Positions 15,895-23,514 of a DNA stretch of 32,209 nt are shown here, in pieces. How positions within the stretch are numbered: position 1 is the first letter of the stretch; each line of letters begins with the position of its first letter. Location of the stretch: positions 1 to 32,209 of the forward strand of contig JBEEGK010000020.1 of assembly GCA_041166845.1 (NCBI GenBank). The letters are read 5' to 3'. The position numbers and the translations under genes are program-made. The DNA comes from Acidobacteriaceae bacterium (GTDB lineage: Bacteria > Acidobacteriota > Terriglobia > Terriglobales > Acidobacteriaceae). Under the pieces are notes generated by a model that worked only from the letters and a program-made list of their open reading frames with translations, made no database searches and was not told where the DNA came from.

Positions 15895-18237
15895 ATGAGA
15901 CGCCTGATTCGATTGGCGGCAATCGTCGTGTTGACGCTTTCCTTGGCCGCTGCGGCCATCGCTGAAAGCGCCAAAGCCTTGTACAACGAGGGTAAGGACG
16001 CCGAAGCCCGCCAGAATTATGAACAAGCTTTCGACCTGTACCGGCAGGCTTACGAGCTAAGGCCCACAGATCTTACCTATCGCTCCGCCTATGAACGCCT
16101 GCGCTTTCTGGCAGGCGCCTCGCACGTCCATCGCGGCCAATTGCTGCGGGATGCCGGCAAACTCGAAGAAGCGATGGCGGAGTTCCGCAAGGCAGCGGCC
16201 ACAGACTCGTCGAGTTTCATAGCCCAGCAGGAAATCCGCCGAACCCAAAAAATGATTGACGCTGCCGGGGCCGCGCCTGCTCCGAAGTCATCGAATGTTC
16301 CAGCGACGGGTCTGCAGAAGCGTCTGGACGACGCGCAGGGTCCAGTGGACCTCGCCGTTATTGCGAACATCCCCGTTACTCTTAAAGCGACCGAAGACAC
16401 CAAGGTGATCTACGAGACGATCGGAAAGCTAGCCGGAATTAACGTTCTCTTCGATCCTGACTACACATCGCGACGCATCAAGATCGAATTGAACGGAGTA
16501 TCGCTGGAGGAAGCGCTGCAGATTGTGGCGCTGGAATCGAAGACTTTCTGGCGTCCAGTCACGCCTAACACGATATTTGTTGCCGCCGACAATCCCGCAA
16601 AACGAAAAGATCTGGAACAAAGCGTCATCAAGACTTTTTATCTGGCTAATCTTTCCCAACCGACAGAGTTGCAGGACGTAGTCAACGCGCTCCGGCAGAT
16701 CCTCGAGATCGCCCGCATTCAGCCTCTGCCTTCGCAGGGGGCGATTGTGGTGCGCGGCACTCCAGACCAAGTCGCGCTGGCGCAAAAACTCGTGGGTGAT
16801 CTGGATAAATCGAAGTCCGAAGTCATCGTTGACATTGCCATCATGCAAGTGAGTCGTGATAAAACACGGAATCTGGGCATCAGTCCGCCCACCAGCGCTA
16901 CCGTCTCACTGCAGCCGAATATCAATACGACCACCACAACCACAACGAACGGGACCACGACGACACCCAGCACTACTCCCTCTACCGGCAACGGAATTAG
17001 CCTGAATGCCCTGGGAAATCTTAACGCCACCGACTTTCAAGTCACGATCACACCAGCAAGCCTGACTGCACTTTTCAGTGACAGTAATACCAAGCTCATT
17101 CAAAATCCGCAGATCAGAGCAGTAGATGGACAGAAGGCCTCGCTAAAAATTGGCGATCGCGTGCCGGTAGCGACCGGGTCGTTTCAGCCCGGCATCGGTG
17201 GCGTAGGTATCAACCCTCTTGTTAACACCCAATTCCAGTATCTGGATGTTGGAGTGAATATTGACATCACTCCCAAGGTCCACGCCGGCAGAGAGGTGAC
17301 CCTCAAAATCACAATGGATATCTCGTCGGTGACCAGTCAGGCGAATATTGGCGGTATCAGCCAGCCAATTATTGGCCAGAGAAAAATTGAACATGAAATC
17401 CGACTGAAAGAAGGTGAGGTCAACCTTCTGGGCGGGATGCTGGAAGATCAGCAGATCCGCTCTCTAAGTGGGATCCCCGGTCTGTCGCAGATTCCCATCC
17501 TCAAATACCTATTCGGACAGACCAACGTCGAACACAAAGAAAACGAAATTGTCTTTGTGATGGTCCCGCATATCGTGCGCGGGCAGGAACTAAACGAGTT
17601 GAACCAGACCGCGCTGGATGTCGGCACTGCGGGCGCGATCCAGATGCGTCGCGTGAATCATGCCGCTGTGACGAACTCCACTGATTCTTCATCAGCCACC
17701 ATGCCTCCACCGAATGCGAGCCAGCCGGCCGGACAGCCCCCGGCGGCAGTTTCGCCGAATCAAGGGCCGCAAGTTCCCCCTACGCAAGCTCCAGCTCCTC
17801 AGCCGCTAACTCCGCAACCGGGAGCAGCAAGCTTTGGATTTGATCCTCCGAACATTACCCAGCCGGCGGGTTCAACTTTCACGGTGAACGTAATGCTGAA
17901 TGGGGCTCAGAACGCATACTCGGTGCCGCTACAAGTGAGCTACGACCCAAAGCTCCTGCAGGTAGTAAACGTGTCGAATGGAGGCTTTCTCTCGCAGGAT
18001 GGCCAGCCGGTCGCACTCGTACATCGCGACGACGCCACGAGCGGCACCCTACAGATAACCGCAACCAGGCCTCCGGGCGTTAGCGGAGTCTCAGGACAGG
18101 GAGCAGTGGTCACTTTGACATTTATGGCAAAAGCTAGCGGACAAGGAACGCTGGCAATCTCCAAAGGTGGCGCGAAGGATCCCGGCATGCAGCCTATGCA
18201 GGTGGCAGGCACGGCTGCGACGATCACAATTCAATGA
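15895..18237 (+). CDS. Secretin (GspD/PilQ superfamily) with an N-terminal TPR-like segment, an internal Thr-rich tract, a Pro-rich linker and a C-terminal cohesin-like domain
   Basis: Start at ATG 15895 (MRRLIRLAAIVVLTLSLAAAAIA, signal peptide; GAGGA 7 nt upstream). The ORF-track start at 15847 is probably too long. Secretin core: LIQNPQIRAVDGQKASLKIGDRVP...LSGIPGLSQIPILKYLFG...VFVMVPHIV. C-terminal ~135 aa: FTVNVMLNGAQNAYSVPLQVSYDPKLLQVVNVSNGGFLSQDG...GTLQITATR...GAVVTLTFMAKASGQGTLAI. This matches my recollection of the cohesin (PF00963-like) pattern. Confidence 0.9.
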   Translation: MRRLIRLAAIVVLTLSLAAAAIAESAKALYNEGKDAEARQNYEQAFDLYRQAYELRPTDLTYRSAYERLRFLAGASHVHRGQLLRDAGKLEEAMAEFRKAAATDSSSFIAQQEIRRTQKMIDAAGAAPAPKSSNVPATGLQKRLDDAQGPVDLAVIANIPVTLKATEDTKVIYETIGKLAGINVLFDPDYTSRRIKIELNGVSLEEALQIVALESKTFWRPVTPNTIFVAADNPAKRKDLEQSVIKTFYLANLSQPTELQDVVNALRQILEIARIQPLPSQGAIVVRGTPDQVALAQKLVGDLDKSKSEVIVDIAIMQVSRDKTRNLGISPPTSATVSLQPNINTTTTTTTNGTTTTPSTTPSTGNGISLNALGNLNATDFQVTITPASLTALFSDSNTKLIQNPQIRAVDGQKASLKIGDRVPVATGSFQPGIGGVGINPLVNTQFQYLDVGVNIDITPKVHAGREVTLKITMDISSVTSQANIGGISQPIIGQRKIEHEIRLKEGEVNLLGGMLEDQQIRSLSGIPGLSQIPILKYLFGQTNVEHKENEIVFVMVPHIVRGQELNELNQTALDVGTAGAIQMRRVNHAAVTNSTDSSSATMPPPNASQPAGQPPAAVSPNQGPQVPPTQAPAPQPLTPQPGAASFGFDPPNITQPAGSTFTVNVMLNGAQNAYSVPLQVSYDPKLLQVVNVSNGGFLSQDGQPVALVHRDDATSGTLQITATRPPGVSGVSGQGAVVTLTFMAKASGQGTLAISKGGAKDPGMQPMQVAGTAATITIQ

Positions 18238-18770
18238 TGGATGGTTCCAACAAGGAAGGTCTGAAGGACTCGATTATTTCCGACGATAGTAAATCTATGA
18301 AGGCCGGCGCAAAGAGGCGAAGTGTCGAAAAGATGAGCGGATTCACGCTCATCGAGCTGATCGTGGCCACCACGATTCTGCTGATCCTGACGTCGCTCGC
18401 TTTGCCCATGGCCAGGATCACCATCAAGCGCGAGAAAGAACGCGAACTGCGGCGCGACCTGTGGGAGATGCGAGACGCGATTGATCGCTATAAAGACGCC
18501 GCTGATCGCGGGGCATTTCAGATGAAGGTCGGTTCCGATGGCTATCCGCCCGACCTCGATACTCTGGTAAACGGCGTCAGCGTGAACACCAAGAAGCTGC
18601 GTTTTCTGCGCAAAATCCCGATTGATCCCATGACTGGAAACGCGGAGTGGGGCATGCACTCCATGCAGGACGACCCGAAATCAGATTCGTGGGATGGCAA
18701 CAATATTTTCGATGTATTCACGAAATCACAAGGTACGGCGCTGGACGGAACGCAATATAAAGACTGGTAA
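18234..18770 (+). CDS. GspG-like pseudopilin (prepilin-type N-terminal cleavage/methylation domain)
   Basis: G|FTLIELIVATTILLIL prepilin motif with Glu at +5, then IPIDPMTG, and a C-terminal GT..Y..W. ATG 18234 overlaps the secretin stop as ATGA but would give a 35-aa leader. ATG 18297 (MKAGAKRRSVEKMSG|F) is an alternative start. Confidence 0.8.
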   Translation: MMDGSNKEGLKDSIISDDSKSMKAGAKRRSVEKMSGFTLIELIVATTILLILTSLALPMARITIKREKERELRRDLWEMRDAIDRYKDAADRGAFQMKVGSDGYPPDLDTLVNGVSVNTKKLRFLRKIPIDPMTGNAEWGMHSMQDDPKSDSWDGNNIFDVFTKSQGTALDGTQYKDW

Positions 18771-18782
18771 GTAGAAAATTAA

Positions 18783-19184
18783 ATGTTGAGCAAAAAGAAA
18801 ATCCGGGGCTTCACTCTGATCGAACTGATGGTCGTCATCAGCTTGATTCTGATCTTGGTCTCAGTGGCTGTCCCGGCTTATAACCAGTCCATTTTGCGTG
18901 CAAGGGAGTCCGTGCTGCGACAGAATTTGTTCACTTTGCGCTCAGTGATTTCGCAATACACTTTGGACAAACAAAAAGCGCCGCAATCGCTCGACGACCT
19001 GGTGCAGTCGCATTACATCAAGCAGATTCCCTCCGATCCGATGACCAGCAAAAACGATACCTGGGCAGTAGACCAGGAAGATTCCACGTTGATGTCTCCA
19101 GATCAGCAAGAGGGCGGAATCAACGACGTCCACAGCGGCTCAACCGCAGTCTCCAGCGACGGGACGGCGTATAGCACCTGGTAG
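18783..19184 (+). CDS. GspG-like pseudopilin (prepilin-type N-terminal cleavage/methylation domain)
   Basis: Classical leader MLSKKKIRG|FTLIELMVVISLILILVSVAVP. Also IPSDPMTS and a C-terminal GTAYSTW. 133 aa. Confidence 0.85.
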   Translation: MLSKKKIRGFTLIELMVVISLILILVSVAVPAYNQSILRARESVLRQNLFTLRSVISQYTLDKQKAPQSLDDLVQSHYIKQIPSDPMTSKNDTWAVDQEDSTLMSPDQQEGGINDVHSGSTAVSSDGTAYSTW

Positions 19185-19252
19185 TGGACGGTTTTCGTCG
19201 AGGGTGGGACTATCGGAGCGACGAGTAACCCCTTTCATGGTTGCAGTTATCA

Positions 19253-20164
19253 TTACTCTCCATGCGACTCGTCTTTCACGCCCTCCGGCGAAGCCTCACA
19301 ATCTACGTGTTTCGCTCCATCCAAAATCGCATGCTGCGGATCTTGTGTCAGATGTAGGTGAACGGAGACCAAGGCATCCCGACAATCAAGAAATACTCCA
19401 ACTCCATTTGTGGGACTGAAGCCCTCCGGAAGAAGCGAATTATTCTTTTCCAAGAAAGTCGTCACATAGGAAGCGTCGTACGGAGCTCCGGTCGGAAGTT
19501 CCCATCGCATCTGAAGCTTTTCAGCGATCTCAGCCGGCCCGAAGATCTCCAGTTTGTCCATTCGGTATTGCAAGCCTTCACGCACTTCGATGTTTAGCTT
19601 TACCGTCGAGCTCGAGTCCAGGTTTGCGTCCGGAATGAAAACTGCTTCAAGAAAGCCTCGTGACGTATAGATGTCTCGTATGCGCTCAAGCCCGGCTACA
19701 ACCTTGGATCGCGCGAACTCGCTGCCAGATTTAATCGGGAATCTCGCTCGCAAATCCTGTGACGTAAATGCGTGATTGCCACTGAACTCGATGTTGGACA
19801 ATGAGCACAATGGTCCTTCGCTGACTTGGGCCTCCAGACGCACGGGCTTAGGGGAGGCCAGCGGATCAAGCACTTTGATTTCCAGTTTCTCTACTTCCGC
19901 TTTGAAATAGCCACGATCTTGAAACTGCCCTTTTATTCTCTCTTTCAATTCTTCGGCATCATCGTTGAACGTGGATCCAGACACGCTGCCTGTGATCTCG
20001 GCCAATTTCTCGGAATCAATGGCCCGAGTCCCCAAAATTCTAAAGCTTTCGACGACGACCCTTCGGTCAGTTTTAGTTTGAGCGACTGCGCCGTGGCAGG
20101 AAATAATTGCGCAGGCAATCAAAGTAAGAGCAGACGACAGCAGCTTGCAGAAAGTCCGTGGCAT
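19253..20164 (-). CDS. Secreted POTRA-repeat protein with no beta-barrel domain
   Basis: Start at ATG 20164 (MPRTFCKLLSSALTLIACAIISCHGAVAQ, signal peptide; GGAG 6 nt upstream). A minus-strand TATAAT lies at 20219-20214, inside the longer ORF-track version. POTRA-like repeats are present: V.SFRILGTRAI...F..DAEELKERIKGQFQDRGYF.A, then L..IEFSGNHAFTSQDLR...ERIRDIYTSRGFLEA, then LNIEVREGLQYRMDKLEIFG. The protein ends about 100 aa later without any barrel. Confidence 0.75.
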   Translation of the reverse strand: MPRTFCKLLSSALTLIACAIISCHGAVAQTKTDRRVVVESFRILGTRAIDSEKLAEITGSVSGSTFNDDAEELKERIKGQFQDRGYFKAEVEKLEIKVLDPLASPKPVRLEAQVSEGPLCSLSNIEFSGNHAFTSQDLRARFPIKSGSEFARSKVVAGLERIRDIYTSRGFLEAVFIPDANLDSSSTVKLNIEVREGLQYRMDKLEIFGPAEIAEKLQMRWELPTGAPYDASYVTTFLEKNNSLLPEGFSPTNGVGVFLDCRDALVSVHLHLTQDPQHAILDGAKHVDCEASPEGVKDESHGE

Positions 20165-20357
20165 CGAAAACTCCGACAGGAAGCGTCCCTCGCCCTGACT
20201 TACGAACGGGCACATTATAAATCTTGGTTTCCGAATCTAGTGTTGCGAAAGGGCCCTAGGTCTTCTCATTCCGGACGAAGAATCCGTTAAGGGTGGGCCA
20301 TCCCATCATCTTCTTTTCAGATTTGATCCCATCTCTCCGAAGCACTAACATCTAAGA

Positions 20358-22037
20358 ATGCCGGTTGAAACAGAAATTCCTCCTTCGACTTACGCTCCCA
20401 TTCGCGCGCCTCGCGGAACTTCCCTGACCTGCAAAGGATGGCAACAGGAAGCAGCCATGCGCATGCTGATGAATAATCTCGATGAAGAAGTTGGAGAGCG
20501 TCCACGTGACCTGGTGGTTTACGGCGGCACCGGACGGGCCGCCCGCAGCTGGCCGGCGTATCACGCGATTGTGGCCTCGCTGAAAAGTTTGGACGATGAC
20601 GAAACCCTTCTAGTGCAATCCGGCAAGCCTGTAGGAATTTTAAAAACTCACGAGTATGCTCCGCGCGTGCTGATCGCAAATTCGAATCTGGTTGGGCATT
20701 GGTCCAACTGGGAGAAGTTTAACGAACTCGAACGCGCTGGACTCATGATGTATGGACAAATGACCGCGGGCTCGTGGATTTATATCGGCTCGCAAGGAAT
20801 TGTCCAAGGAACATTCGAGACTTTCGCATCGGCTGCAGAGAAACATTTTGGTGGAGACCTGGCCGGCAAGCTGATCGTCAGTGGAGGCATGGGTGGAATG
20901 GGTGGCGCTCAACCACTGGCCGCGACCATGGCTGGCGCGGCGTTTCTGGGGATTGACGTAGATCCCGAGCGTATCAAGAAACGCCTGACAACCGGCTACT
21001 GTGATTTCATGGTTACCACGCTCGATGAGGCGTTGCGAATTCTCAAGAACGCCGTCCGTAAAAAAGAAAATGTTTCTGTCGGGCTGGTGGGAAATTGCGC
21101 CGACGTGATTAACGAGCTCGCGGACCGGGGTGTCGTGCCAGACATTCTCACAGACCAGACCTCCGCTCATGATCCGTTGAACGGATACGTTCCGAATGGA
21201 ATGACGCTGGAAGATGCAATCGCGTTGCGCAAAAGCGATCCGAAGCAGTATGAAGAAAAATCCCTCAACGCCATTGCTCGCCACGTGGAAGGCATGCTGC
21301 GCCTGCAAAAGATGGGCGCGGTGACTTTCGATTACGGAAATAATATTCGTACATTTGCATTCCAGCAGGGCGTGAAGAACGCCTACGATTTTCCTGGGTT
21401 TGTGCCCGAATATATTCGTCCCCTCTTTTGCGAAGGCCGTGGGCCGTTTCGCTGGGTAGCACTTTCCGGTGAACCGTCCGATATCCATGTCACCGATGAC
21501 CTGGTGTTGGAACTTTTTCCCGAGAACCGAATTCTTCGCCGCTGGATTGAGCTTGCGAAGAAACGAATTAAATTTCAAGGATTGCCGGCACGCATCTGCT
21601 GGCTTGGATACGGTGAGCGCGCGCAATTCGGGCTCGCCATGAACGACCTGGTTAAAAAAGGAAAGCTCAAAGCGCCGATCGTCATCGGCCGGGATCACCT
21701 GGACTGCGGTTCGGTGGCTTCTCCCTATCGCGAAACAGAAAGCATGAAAGATGGCAGTGATGCGGTCGCGGATTGGCCCCTTCTGAATGCCATGGTAAAT
21801 ACCGCCGCGGGTGCGTCGTGGGTTTCAATTCACAACGGCGGCGGTGTCGGCATTGGATATTCTCTCCACGCAGGACAAGTTACGGTCGCTGATGGCACGG
21901 AAATGATGGCAAAGAGAATTGAGCGCGTTCTAACGACCGATCCGGGTATGGGGATTCTCCGCCACGTGGACGCTGGTTATGAGCAAGCCAAGGACTTCGC
22001 CGCCGGCAACGGGGTGAAGGTTCCGATGCAAAGGTAG
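20358..22037 (+). CDS. hutU: Urocanate hydratase
   Basis: 559 aa. [41 protein letters not shown], and a [16 protein letters not shown]-type region are typical of HutU. Confidence 0.95.
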   Translation: MPVETEIPPSTYAPIRAPRGTSLTCKGWQQEAAMRMLMNNLDEEVGERPRDLVVYGGTGRAARSWPAYHAIVASLKSLDDDETLLVQSGKPVGILKTHEYAPRVLIANSNLVGHWSNWEKFNELERAGLMMYGQMTAGSWIYIGSQGIVQGTFETFASAAEKHFGGDLAGKLIVSGGMGGMGGAQPLAATMAGAAFLGIDVDPERIKKRLTTGYCDFMVTTLDEALRILKNAVRKKENVSVGLVGNCADVINELADRGVVPDILTDQTSAHDPLNGYVPNGMTLEDAIALRKSDPKQYEEKSLNAIARHVEGMLRLQKMGAVTFDYGNNIRTFAFQQGVKNAYDFPGFVPEYIRPLFCEGRGPFRWVALSGEPSDIHVTDDLVLELFPENRILRRWIELAKKRIKFQGLPARICWLGYGERAQFGLAMNDLVKKGKLKAPIVIGRDHLDCGSVASPYRETESMKDGSDAVADWPLLNAMVNTAAGASWVSIHNGGGVGIGYSLHAGQVTVADGTEMMAKRIERVLTTDPGMGILRHVDAGYEQAKDFAAGNGVKVPMQR

Positions 22038-22055
22038 CTGGTAAACTGCATCAGC

Positions 22056-23435
22056 GTGGGACCGTCTAAAAACAATCCATCGGCAAGCAGCAAACTCTCG
22101 CGCCGCAGGGTAGACAATCCTGAGACTAGCGATGTGCGCACAAAAACGCGTCCTCTGCTGCTGACAAATATCTCTCAACTTCTCACGCTACGCTCCTCCT
22201 CCGGAAAGTCTTCTTCCAGAAACCTAGCCCGCCTCGGAACTGAACTCAGCGATCTCGGCATGATCAACGATGCTGCCGTGCTCTGCATCGGAGGAAAGAT
22301 CGTGTCCGTCGGCTCGAATAAAGAGGCGAGGCGAGATCCTTGGATTTTCAAGAATCGCAAACGACTCTTCGAAATTGACTGCAAAAACAAAGTCGTGCTT
22401 CCCGGCTTCGTGGATTCTCATACTCATCCGGTATTCATGGAACCGCGATTAATCGATTTTGAGAAACGAATTGCCGGCGCGACCTACGAAGAAATTGCCG
22501 AGGCAGGCGGGGGCATCCGGTCAAGTCTCGACGGGGTCCGCAATACAAATAAGAGCGCCCTCGCAGAAAAAGTCGTGGCCGCATTGCACGAAATGGCCCA
22601 ACAGGGGACGACCACAGTAGAAGCGAAATCCGGCTACGGACTTACAGTGGAATCAGAACTGAAGTCGCTGGAAGCAATCCGCGCTGCCGCCAGGCAATGG
22701 CCGGGCACCGTCATAAGCACGTTGTTAGCAGCGCACGTAGTCCCCCACGAATTCAGGGGCCGCTCACCAAACTACGTCGAACTCGTCTGTAGAGAGATGG
22801 TCCCCGAGGCCGCAAGGCGCAAACTCGCTCAGTTCGTGGACGTATTCACTGAGCGCGGCGCTTTCACGCCGGAAGAAACTTCCCAGATATTTGAAGTTGC
22901 GAAACATCACGGACTAGAAGTGCGCGCGCATGTTGGCCAGTTGAGCCAGACGGATTTGCAACCGTTGCTGCGTTTCGATCCCGCGTCATTCGACCACGTT
23001 GACTACGTCAGTGACGCCGACATCAGACAACTTTCACGAAGCAACACGGTGGCCACACTGGTGCCCGGCGCCAACTTTTTTCTAGGATTGAAAAACTATC
23101 CGTCCGCAAGAAAGTTGATAGACGCTGGTGTTGCAGTTGCCTTGGCGACTGATTACAATCCCGGCTCCTCGCCAACTTCCAGCATGCCGTTCGTGATGTC
23201 GTTGGCCTGCACGCAGATGCAAATGTCGCCCGCCGAAGCCATTTCCGCAGCAACATTTAACGGCGCTTATGCGCTTCGATTGCAGCAGCGAAAAGGTTCC
23301 ATCGAGTCTGGTAAAGATGCCGACCTCGCGATATTTGATGTGGATGATTACCATGAAATCGCTTATTGGATTGGGGCCAGCAAATGCGAATTCACAGTCT
23401 TGAATGGAAATCTTGTTTCGAACTTTGTTCACTAG
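22056..23435 (+). CDS. hutI: Imidazolonepropionase
   Basis: PGFVDSHTHPVF, TTVEAKSGYGL, VRAHVGQLS, ALATDYNPGSSP and GKDADLAIFD. The GTG 22056 start gives a ~26-aa low-complexity extension. GTG 22134 (MRTKTRPLLLTNISQLLTL) is a plausible true start. Confidence 0.9.
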   Translation: MGPSKNNPSASSKLSRRRVDNPETSDVRTKTRPLLLTNISQLLTLRSSSGKSSSRNLARLGTELSDLGMINDAAVLCIGGKIVSVGSNKEARRDPWIFKNRKRLFEIDCKNKVVLPGFVDSHTHPVFMEPRLIDFEKRIAGATYEEIAEAGGGIRSSLDGVRNTNKSALAEKVVAALHEMAQQGTTTVEAKSGYGLTVESELKSLEAIRAAARQWPGTVISTLLAAHVVPHEFRGRSPNYVELVCREMVPEAARRKLAQFVDVFTERGAFTPEETSQIFEVAKHHGLEVRAHVGQLSQTDLQPLLRFDPASFDHVDYVSDADIRQLSRSNTVATLVPGANFFLGLKNYPSARKLIDAGVAVALATDYNPGSSPTSSMPFVMSLACTQMQMSPAEAISAATFNGAYALRLQQRKGSIESGKDADLAIFDVDDYHEIAYWIGASKCEFTVLNGNLVSNFVH

Positions 23436-23514
23436 CTATTCGTACCTAAATTGCCGGCAACGCAGTGTTCTTCAAACTGCATCCTACAAACTTCGAAACA
23501 ACGTCTGAGGAAAA

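Noticed and set aside
16918-16995. ACC/ACG/ACA-rich repetitive DNA that looks like a tandem repeat
   Set aside because: It is in frame within the secretin gene and simply encodes a poly-Thr/Ser/Pro tract. It is coding low complexity, not a CRISPR array or a non-coding repeat array.
20640-21698. 352-aa minus-strand ORF antisense to hutU
   Set aside because: Shadow ORF. The plus strand encodes a complete, unmistakable urocanate hydratase.
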